DNA of 64,000 nucleotides from an uncultured Bacteroidales bacterium. GTDB taxonomy: Bacteria > Bacteroidota > Bacteroidia > Bacteroidales > Bacteroidaceae. Made by a program: the position numbers and the translations under genes. Location: assembly GCA_902802265.1 (NCBI GenBank), contig CADCLN010000023.1, forward strand, positions 4,116 to 68,115. The letters run 5' to 3'. This document shows, one piece after another, positions 9,545 through 16,926 of the stretch. The notes under the pieces were generated by a model. That model saw only the letters and a program-made list of their open reading frames with translations. It was not told the origin of the DNA and ran no database searches. Positions within the stretch are counted from its first letter, which is position 1, and the number at the start of each line of letters is the position of its first letter.

Positions 9545-9629
9545 AATAAAAAAACACCTGTTCCATAGAGAAAACGCTATTTATTACTTCCGAAAGTTGA
9601 GTAAATACATTTTCTAAAATATATGCCTT

Positions 9630-10946
9630 TTAGTCAATCATCTCAAACCCTGTATATTGCTGCAAAGCCTTGGGGATGCGGATGCCGTCGGCTGTCTGGA
9701 AGTTTTCCAAGATGGCGGCCACGATGCGTGGAAGGGCGAGGGCAGAACCGTTGAGGGTGTGGCAGAGCTGCACCTTCTTGTCTTCGCTGCGGCGATAGCG
9801 ACATTTCAGACGATTGGCTTGGTAGGTATCGAAATTCGACACACTGGAAACTTCGAGCCAACGGCCTTGGGCTTCGCTATAAACTTCAAAGTCATAGCAA
9901 ATGGCAGAGGTAAAGCTTTGGTCACCGCCGCAGAGACGCAGGATGCGGTAGGGGAGTTCCAGTTTCTGGAGCAAACCTTCCACGTGATTCAGCATTTCCT
10001 TGTGGCTTTCAGCAGAATGTTCGGGTGTGTCAATGCGTACAATTTCAATCTTTGAGAACTCATGCAGACGGTTCAAACCACGCACATCCTTTCCGTAGCT
10101 GCCCGCTTCACGACGGAAACATTGCGTGTAAGCACAATTCTTGATGGGCAACTGCTTTTCGTCCAGAATCACGTCGCGGTAGATGTTTGTCACAGGCACT
10201 TCGGCTGTAGGAATGAGGTAAAGGTCGTCCACTTCGCAATGATACATTTGCCCCTCTTTGTCGGGCAGCTGTCCTGTGCCGTAACCGCTGGCAGCGTTCA
10301 CTACCGTTGGCGGCATGATTTCCGTGTAACCAGCCTTGCTGGCTTCGGCAAGGAAGAAATTGATGAGAGCACGCTGCAACTGTGCCCCTTTGCCTACATA
10401 GACAGGGAAACCTGCACCAGTGATTTTCACGCCGAGGTCAAAGTCGATGAGGTTGTATTTCTTAGCCAGTTCCCAGTGGGGCAGTTTTGCTTCGCCGTTG
10501 GCAGGCACGGTGTCCCAGTTGCCTACGGTGTCGCCAGGCTTACACTCGCGCAGGGAAGATTTCACCACGACATTATCCTCAGCGGCAGCACCTTCGGGCA
10601 CTTCGTCGTAAGGAATGTTGGGAATGGTGCAAAGGTGAGCCGTCAGAGCAGTTTCGGCTTCGGCTTTCTGCTGTTCCAATGCTGCGGCTGTGGCTTTCAG
10701 CTTTGCCACTTCGGCCTTGGCAGCTTCGGCTTCCGCTTTCTGTCCAGCCTTCATCAGTTTGCCGATTTCTGCGGCGTAGCGCTTGCTTTCAGCCAATGTA
10801 GCATCGAGTTTTGTCTGAGCATCGCGGCGCATTTTGTCAATGGCGATAGCTTTCTCTACCGCGCCTTCTGCGCCTTTGAAATGTTTCTTTTGGAGACCCT
10901 TGATGACACGCTCAGTCTCCTCTGTAATCAATTTGAGTGTAAGCAT
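9630..10946 (-). CDS. serS: Seryl-tRNA synthetase
   Basis: 438 aa. It has an N-terminal coiled-coil arm and class-II motifs FRREAGSYGKDVRGLNRLHEFSKIE and GSALALPRIVAAILEN. Confidence 0.93.
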   Translation of the reverse strand: MLTLKLITEETERVIKGLQKKHFKGAEGAVEKAIAIDKMRRDAQTKLDATLAESKRYAAEIGKLMKAGQKAEAEAAKAEVAKLKATAAALEQQKAEAETALTAHLCTIPNIPYDEVPEGAAAEDNVVVKSSLRECKPGDTVGNWDTVPANGEAKLPHWELAKKYNLIDFDLGVKITGAGFPVYVGKGAQLQRALINFFLAEASKAGYTEIMPPTVVNAASGYGTGQLPDKEGQMYHCEVDDLYLIPTAEVPVTNIYRDVILDEKQLPIKNCAYTQCFRREAGSYGKDVRGLNRLHEFSKIEIVRIDTPEHSAESHKEMLNHVEGLLQKLELPYRILRLCGGDQSFTSAICYDFEVYSEAQGRWLEVSSVSNFDTYQANRLKCRYRRSEDKKVQLCHTLNGSALALPRIVAAILENFQTADGIRIPKALQQYTGFEMID

Positions 10947-10975
10947 ATTTATTTACTTTTTACTGAATTTGGCTG

Positions 10976-10983
10976 CAAAGTTA
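10976..10983 (-). promoter_or_regulatory. -7 box TAACTTTG for serS
   Basis: The sequence ggctgcaaagttacgg lies 30 nt upstream of the ATG. Confidence 0.55.
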
Positions 10984-11423
10984 CGGAGAAAAAATGAAAA
11001 ACAAAGAAGGAATGGTCTGTGAATTTCACTTTTTTGTCTGCGAATTATTATTTGTTGGCGAATTATACGAACTTTTGGCGTGACAAAGGCGTTGAAGCGA
11101 AAATTCGTTTCTAAAAAATACTTTTCGCCCTTTTTACTTGTTTCTTTCAGAAATAAATGCTTTCTTTGCACCGTGTTTTCAGATGAGACACAACATTTTT
11201 GCTCAATCCTCTGTTGAACTGCTACCTCGAAAGAGATAAAGAGCAAACTGAATAACCGTTGGAGTTGCGCTTCACAGCGCAGGCTTCTCCATAGGTTATT
11301 TAGGGTTGTAGCAGACCTAACAGAGGTATGGCGAGTCTGCGCTTTTTCCTTAACAAAAGCGATATACAAAACTTAATTTATTAACAAAAACCTAAGAAAA
11401 CAAGAAATTTACTTTTAAACGGA

Positions 11424-13889
11424 TTGCTGACATTCACATTATGTCAGCAAAGTGTGGCTCAGTCTCCATCGTCTGTTCCAATCACCGTCGGAGAAATCAC
11501 AGCCTTGATTGACGATTACCTTTCTCCAGACAACAAAGGGCGCATTACAGTGGAAGACATATCTGCACTGATAGACAAGTATCTTCAGCAAGGTATGCAG
11601 AAGGACTGGCAACTGATAGTCTGGCAAACATCGGGCACCAAGCTCTGCTATGATCTCGACGAGCAGCCGAAGACTACCTTTGATGCTTCCAACCTTCTGC
11701 TCTCCACATCCAAGACAAGCCTTTCCTTTCCGCTTTCTGACATCATTAAATATACGTATGCGGAAAAAGGCAAGGCAGACTTAACGCCCATTCCGGCTCG
11801 GACCGTTCCGAATTACCAAGACGCTGTCTTTGTCTATCGAAACGATGGCACATTCGATGCTTTTCTGCTGGAGAATGTAGATAGCATGAGTTATTCGCAG
11901 TTCAGCGAAACGCAGAAAGTCTATACCCCCGATAGCGTTTATAGCATTCCGCTTGCAGCCATTGACAGCATTGGCTTCCATGCCGATGCGCCCGCATATA
12001 AACACGATGTGATGATGATGAACACCACGTGGATTCCATACGTCATTTGTGTGACGGAGAGCACCATCACATTCCGCAAGGACACACCTGTCAACTTCCT
12101 GCCCGTCAAGGGACAAGTTGTCGCAGCAGAGACCTTCGATGCGCCGTTTGAGTCTGGCTTTGCAGGCAGGGTGACCAGTGTGACAAATTACAAAGACAGC
12201 ATTGTCTATGCTGTAGAAGGCGTTGGTTTGTCTGACATCTACAAACACCTTGTTTGCACAGGTCGCAGCACTTCTTACCTGGAAGGCGAGGAAAACCCTG
12301 AAGCCAAGCGGCGTGTGTTCGACATCAATAGCATTTACTTTCCTTTGCCCAGCAATATCTCAGTGCCAATAGGTCCCGTCACAGTGTCTTGTGCGCCTTA
12401 TGTCTATATGGACTGGGCCATCTGCATTTTTGAAGAAAACTTGCGTAATCAGGCAAAGCTGGTTGTGCACCATACCTACAACGGTTCCGTGCAGCTTGAT
12501 TGTAAGTTTGATGCCGAATATAATCCAGAACCCAAATGGCTTAAAACCTTTATCCCAATTACAACAAGCGTTCCTGGTCTGTATGGAAAAATCATGTTTG
12601 GTGGCTTCTTGAGTGCGTCGGGATCTGTAGAGGTGTCGGCCACCCAGCCCTTTACTATTACTGGCTCATCGGGCTTCTCCTATACAGAGAGCAAAGGCAT
12701 TCAGCGCATCAATGACTGGAATGCACAGATGGAAGACACGGAAATCTCCATTAGTCTCGATGGCTCTGTTTCTGCTGGCTTGGCTGTGCGCTTGCAGTTT
12801 GGCGTATTCCATGAGAAAGTGGCAAGTGCCGACATCACAGCCTATCTTGGGCCCAAACTTTCAGGCAATCTGAAACTCAGCACAGCGGGCGTTATTGACA
12901 AGACGCTCTACAGTGCCATCAAAGATTCGGAAATTACTCTCTCGCTCAATGCCAAAGTCGTGCCAGGCTATCGCTATTGGGCCAATGGTGACCATCAGGA
13001 GTTTCCTGTACCGCTCGAACTGGGCTATAACTTGAACCACTGGTACGCTGTGCCTGAGTTCTCTAATTTGAAGTACACACCCGATGAAACGGGATTCTCT
13101 GGTCAATTGTCGGGTACCATCAGCCGCAATCTGCTGTCCAAAGTTTCAATTGGCTGGGGACTTTACGACGAGAACGATAACCTCTATCGCGCGGAATACT
13201 ATCCGCAGACCTACCGCAAAATAGAGGACTGGCCCTGGAACGGCATGGAAAAGCAACTCAAAGATTTGCCCTACGGTTCACACTACAAGGCGTATCCGCT
13301 TGTGCGGCTGATGGGTGTGGGAATGCGAGCAACAGAAAGTTTGGATGTAGCTCATACGACCTGCCCCGACTCCAACCACCCCCACGCCATTGACCTCGGT
13401 CTTCCTTCTGGCACGAAGTGGGCTTGCTGCAATATAGGTGCAAGCTGCCCTGAGGAATATGGTGGATATTATGCTTGGGGAGAGACGGAAGAAAAGTCTT
13501 ATTATGATTGGAATACTTATAAATATTACAATGAAAATTCAGGCGTTGTGAATATCGGCTCTGATATCGCTGGCACTTCCTACGATGTTGCCCATGTGAA
13601 GTGGGGAGGCAGTTGGCGTATGCCGACTACAGAGCAGCAGCAGGAATTGCTTAATAATTGTTCTTCAGAATGGACATCAGAGAATGGAATATATGGCAGA
13701 CGTTTCACAGGGCCTAATGGCGCTTCTGTCTTCCTGCCTGCCGCGGGCTACGGCGGCTGTTGGTCGAGTTCGCTCTACCCGTACTACGACGGCTGCAACG
13801 CCTACTACCTGGCCTTCGTTTCGGGCGGTGCGAGCTGTTACAACAACTACCGCAACAGCGGTGTATCTGTGCGCGCTGTCTGCCCGTAG
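11424..13889 (+). CDS. Large secreted protein with an N-terminal dockerin-like repeat pair, a central beta-rich region of unknown family, and a C-terminal FISUMP-like domain (Fibrobacter succinogenes major paralogous domain)
   Basis: 821 aa counted from TTG. The N-terminus reads ITVGEITALIDDYLSPDNKGRITVEDISALIDKYL. The C-terminus has GYYAWGE..VAHVKWGGSWRMPTTEQQQELL..FLPAAGY..GVSVRAVCP, which fits the FISUMP pattern as I recall it. The start codon is problematic (see findings). Confidence 0.7.
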   Translation: MLTFTLCQQSVAQSPSSVPITVGEITALIDDYLSPDNKGRITVEDISALIDKYLQQGMQKDWQLIVWQTSGTKLCYDLDEQPKTTFDASNLLLSTSKTSLSFPLSDIIKYTYAEKGKADLTPIPARTVPNYQDAVFVYRNDGTFDAFLLENVDSMSYSQFSETQKVYTPDSVYSIPLAAIDSIGFHADAPAYKHDVMMMNTTWIPYVICVTESTITFRKDTPVNFLPVKGQVVAAETFDAPFESGFAGRVTSVTNYKDSIVYAVEGVGLSDIYKHLVCTGRSTSYLEGEENPEAKRRVFDINSIYFPLPSNISVPIGPVTVSCAPYVYMDWAICIFEENLRNQAKLVVHHTYNGSVQLDCKFDAEYNPEPKWLKTFIPITTSVPGLYGKIMFGGFLSASGSVEVSATQPFTITGSSGFSYTESKGIQRINDWNAQMEDTEISISLDGSVSAGLAVRLQFGVFHEKVASADITAYLGPKLSGNLKLSTAGVIDKTLYSAIKDSEITLSLNAKVVPGYRYWANGDHQEFPVPLELGYNLNHWYAVPEFSNLKYTPDETGFSGQLSGTISRNLLSKVSIGWGLYDENDNLYRAEYYPQTYRKIEDWPWNGMEKQLKDLPYGSHYKAYPLVRLMGVGMRATESLDVAHTTCPDSNHPHAIDLGLPSGTKWACCNIGASCPEEYGGYYAWGETEEKSYYDWNTYKYYNENSGVVNIGSDIAGTSYDVAHVKWGGSWRMPTTEQQQELLNNCSSEWTSENGIYGRRFTGPNGASVFLPAAGYGGCWSSSLYPYYDGCNAYYLAFVSGGASCYNNYRNSGVSVRAVCP

Positions 13890-13953
13890 CTTCGAGAAAT
13901 TAGTGCATCCCTTCGCATAGAAGCGATACACGCAAAATAGAACAAAAACCCTA

Positions 13954-14034
13954 AATCCGTCCTGCCCTCGGGAGGTGCGCGGCGGCCCTCCCCCGAAAGG
14001 GGCCGCAGTGCGCCTCCCGAGGGCAGGACGGATT
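13954..14034. repeat. GC-rich 81-nt near-perfect hairpin
   Basis: The arm aatccgtcctgccctcgggagg (13954-13975) pairs perfectly with cctcccgagggcaggacggatt (14013-14034). Inner pairs are gcgc/gcgc and gcggcc/ggccgc, with an apical cccc-gaaa-gggg. It lies 65 nt after the 821-aa ORF stop. Confidence 0.85.
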
Positions 14035-14164
14035 GCAAAAAAATGAAAAATGGCTCAGATACTTGACATATTAGAAAAAGAAAAGGAATGCACGGAGGAT
14101 TCACGAAGGACTGTCCACCTGTTTCAAGAAGGTTCTTTCTACCGCGCCTACGGAGTTTATCTGT

Positions 14165-14350
14165 AAAAATCTGTCATTTCTGTCATGGACTGTTTATCGT
14201 GCTGATACACAATGGATTTATCAATGACAGATTTCCGAAAAATCTGTCATAATCTGTCATAATCTGTCATTTCTGTCATGGAATCTGTCATTCAATAATA
14301 GGCTGTCAAACAATGATTTAAATACATCCATGACGGAATGACAGATTTTT
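14165..14350. repeat. Iteron-like block of (A)TCTGTCAT motifs
   Basis: Forward CTGTCAT copies occur at 14171, 14180, 14244, 14254, 14264, 14273 and 14285. Five of these are consecutive with a 9-11 nt spacing. Inverted ATGACAG copies occur at 14224 and 14338. The block is bounded by AAAAATCTGTCAT (14165-14177) and ATGACAGATTTTT (14338-14350). Confidence 0.85.
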
Positions 14351-14433
14351 TCTTCAAACTCGTATAGAAAAGGTTTCCCTATAGGAAGCAAGCCTGTGAA
14401 AGATGTAAAAATTTCAGTTCTTCCGACACCACT

Positions 14434-14603
14434 GTAGCAATGCATTGCCACTGCGGTGGCAAAGTTCTCTCGCTGCGGTAGCAATGCAGTGCCACAGCAG
14501 TGGCAAAGTTCTCCCACGGCAGTAGCAATGCAGTGCTACGGCGGTGGCAAAGTTCTCCCACGGAAGTACGAGTGCAGTGCGACGGAGTAGGGGAACTTGT
14601 CTG
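14434..14603. repeat. 22-nt-register repeat array B (7 units plus 1 degenerate, all the same orientation)
   Basis: Two unit types alternate strictly. The units are gtagcaatgcattgccactgcg, gtggcaaagttctctcgctgcg, gtagcaatgcagtgccacagca, gtggcaaagttctcccacggca, gtagcaatgcagtgctacggcg, gtggcaaagttctcccacggaa and gtacgagtgcagtgcgacggag. The array ends 10 nt from the patatin gene stop. Confidence 0.9.
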
Positions 14604-14612
14604 AAAAAATGC

Positions 14613-16658
14613 TTAGAACATATAGCCGATGTTGAAGAAGGCTCCCACTTTTCGGGTAATGTTGCTCCAGTTGAGGTTCAGTTCGATAGGACCAACGGAG
14701 GTGCGGTAACCTGCGCCGATGGCAGCACCAATCATGTTTTTGGTGTCAATGAAGTTGTGGAAGGAATTGCCTGCAAAGCCATAGTTGCAGACGGCAAAGG
14801 CATAGCTGTTGGTGGTGAAATATTGTCGGAAATTCACACCGCCAAAGAGCAGTTCGTTGGGTGCCGACTGGATGAAGTTGATACCTGCAAAAGGCAGTTG
14901 CTGAGGCATATAGTGGCCGTAAGTGTCGATGCCACCGATGAAGTTCACCAGACAGAAATGCGTGTTGTTGTTCTGCACGAAACGTCCTGAAACAAAGGGC
15001 GTAAGAATGGTCTTAGGCGTGAGGGGCAGGGCGATGTTCCAGTATCCCTCAATGGTATTGACGCCACCACGTCCCTGGAAGTTGTAGCCATTGTCGGTGT
15101 AGTATCGGTAAAGCACACTCCATTTCATGCCCTTCTTGGGCAGCACTCGTGCATCCTGACTGTCGTATTGCATCTGGAAGAAATAGGAGAGAGAACCTTC
15201 ATTGTCCTGTTCCTGGGCAAAATCGGCCCAGTTGCTTCTTGTCAGCAAGTCGTCGTAATGCACATATTTATATAAAGTACCGAATGAGATGCTCAGTTGT
15301 CGCCAGGAACGGGAGAGGGAAAGGCTGATGGCGTGTTTGTGATAGTTCAGGTCGGCAATGTTGTCCCCTTCGTTGTACAATTTCGTGTCGTTCAGCGCAT
15401 AGTGGTAAAGCAGCCGCAACCGCCAGTTCTTCCACGGGTTGATGCTGGTATAGAGATGCGTGTAAAGCCGTTTGCCCAGTCGAGCCTCCACACCGACACG
15501 GAAATGGTTGTCATGATTAAATTCGTAGGCACCACCCACCATCAACGTGGCCAGTTCTTCGTTGTCGAAACGTGCGCCGATGCCCACAAAACTGGCGTCC
15601 TTTCGTACTGTGTAGATGGACGGAACAGGTTCAAACGTATTGGGTTCAATCTCAATCTGTTTGGGCTTTCGTTTTACGGTTTCTGGAACGTAGCCGGCGG
15701 GAAGTCCCAATTGCCTTTTCAGTTCCATGAAATCGTTCCACTTTTCACGCGCAGCCGTTTCGCCCCTTGCCAACAAAGTGTCAATGGCAGTATTGGTGAA
15801 ACTGGCAGAGGTATAACCGCTGACATTCACACGAATATAAAGGTCGGTGTTCTTGCGGTTCTCTTCCAGTTTATTGGCACAAGCCAAGTCGAGCACTTGC
15901 ATCAGTACGGTAGAGGCAGATTTGAGTTTTTTATAGTCTCGGGTAGGACTGGTCACGTCCACACCAATCACGATGTCGGCTCCCATTTTCCGTGCCACAT
16001 CCACGGGGTAATAATTCACCAGACCACCATCCACCAGTATCATGCTGTCCCGCTTGATGGGAGAGAACACGCCTGGTATTGCCATGCTGGAACGCATACA
16101 TTCAGCCAGAATTCCTGAGTGCATATCTATCTCGTTGCCAGTCGTTATATCCGTTGCCACACAGGCAAAGGGGATGGGCAATGTGCGAAAGTCGATGCTG
16201 TCCAGATGGTCGGCAGTCAGTTCCGAGAACATTCGACCTATCTTGTTGCCTTTCAGAAATCCACCCTCCATCACTTCAAAAGGATTCTTGTCAAAACGCA
16301 CGCTGACCATATACCTTTCCGTGTTTGATCGGTCGTCCAGTCTGATGCTCTGGCGGTCCACCTTGTCGGTCAGCAGAGACTGCCAGTCCTGTTTCCTGAT
16401 CAGACTGTCTATCTGGTCAGCCTTGTACCCCGAAGCATACAGTCCGCCCACAATACTTCCCATGCTGGTGCCCACCACCATGTCAACGGGGATGCCAGCC
16501 TCTTCAATCACCTTCAGCACACGGGCATGAGCCACACCCTTTGCTCCGCCACCACTCAACACCACGGCTACCTTTTTTCTGTGAGGCCGTTGTGCCATCA
16601 GTGTGGTTGAAAAACAGAACACCAATAACCATGTAAAGACCTTAAAATTCATTTCCAA
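14613..16658 (-). CDS. Patatin-like phospholipase fused to an Omp85/surface-antigen-type beta-barrel (PlpD-like architecture)
   Basis: 681 aa with a signal peptide. Motifs are LSGGGAKGVAH (oxyanion GGGxxG), GTSMGS (GxSxG) and LVDGGL (Asp dyad). The C-terminal ~300 aa is beta-rich and ends in FFNIGYMF. Confidence 0.85.
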   Translation of the reverse strand: MEMNFKVFTWLLVFCFSTTLMAQRPHRKKVAVVLSGGGAKGVAHARVLKVIEEAGIPVDMVVGTSMGSIVGGLYASGYKADQIDSLIRKQDWQSLLTDKVDRQSIRLDDRSNTERYMVSVRFDKNPFEVMEGGFLKGNKIGRMFSELTADHLDSIDFRTLPIPFACVATDITTGNEIDMHSGILAECMRSSMAIPGVFSPIKRDSMILVDGGLVNYYPVDVARKMGADIVIGVDVTSPTRDYKKLKSASTVLMQVLDLACANKLEENRKNTDLYIRVNVSGYTSASFTNTAIDTLLARGETAAREKWNDFMELKRQLGLPAGYVPETVKRKPKQIEIEPNTFEPVPSIYTVRKDASFVGIGARFDNEELATLMVGGAYEFNHDNHFRVGVEARLGKRLYTHLYTSINPWKNWRLRLLYHYALNDTKLYNEGDNIADLNYHKHAISLSLSRSWRQLSISFGTLYKYVHYDDLLTRSNWADFAQEQDNEGSLSYFFQMQYDSQDARVLPKKGMKWSVLYRYYTDNGYNFQGRGGVNTIEGYWNIALPLTPKTILTPFVSGRFVQNNNTHFCLVNFIGGIDTYGHYMPQQLPFAGINFIQSAPNELLFGGVNFRQYFTTNSYAFAVCNYGFAGNSFHNFIDTKNMIGAAIGAGYRTSVGPIELNLNWSNITRKVGAFFNIGYMF

Positions 16659-16674
16659 AACGTGTTTATGCCTG

Positions 16675-16682
16675 CAAAGTTA
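16675..16682 (-). promoter_or_regulatory. -7 box TAACTTTG for the patatin gene
   Basis: The sequence cctgcaaagttacgc lies 17 nt upstream of the first ATG, so the leader is very short or the second Met is the true start. Confidence 0.5.
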
Positions 16683-16862
16683 CGCTTTTTTGCATTATCA
16701 AGATTCCTTTGCAAGCAGAAAAATACTTTTCAGAGAGGCATTTTTCTTCATTTTGTTCTTTTCTCCCTTGTTCTCTCTATACCAAATCACTTTTTTGTTT
16801 GTCAGAAAGGTGCAAAATTTCACTTTTTAATTAAATTACTTTCACAATTCAAAAAAAAACCA

Positions 16863-16870
16863 TACCTTTG
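16863..16870 (+). promoter_or_regulatory. -7 box TACCTTTG for the glycogen synthase-glgP operon
   Basis: The sequence ccatacctttgcaccc lies 57 nt upstream of the ATG at 16927. Confidence 0.55.
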
Positions 16871-16926
16871 CACCCATTATCGAAATACATAGTATATAAT
16901 AACGTAAATAAACGCTTATAACGCTT

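Noticed and set aside
10953-11369. 138-aa minus-strand ORF in the serS / 821-aa gene spacer
   Set aside because: It overlaps the serS promoter box. It has no recognisable motif, signal or start context. The region is better explained by promoter DNA and stem-loops.
14050-14166. 38-codon ORF (MAQILDILEKEKECTEDSRRTVHLFQEGSFYRAYGVYL), possibly a MutS-domain-I-like or mobile-element gene remnant
   Set aside because: The resemblance rests on a single short pattern (LFxxGxFYxxY). It is too short to support a feature. I mention it only as context for the iteron-like block.
14434-14603. CRISPR interpretation of the 22-nt repeat arrays (also at 1422-1597, 26029-26182, 34452-34627 and 40663-40816)
   Set aside because: The units abut each other with no unique spacers. 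The period of 22 nt is shorter than any CRISPR repeat plus spacer. Units flip orientation within an array. No cas genes are present in the window.
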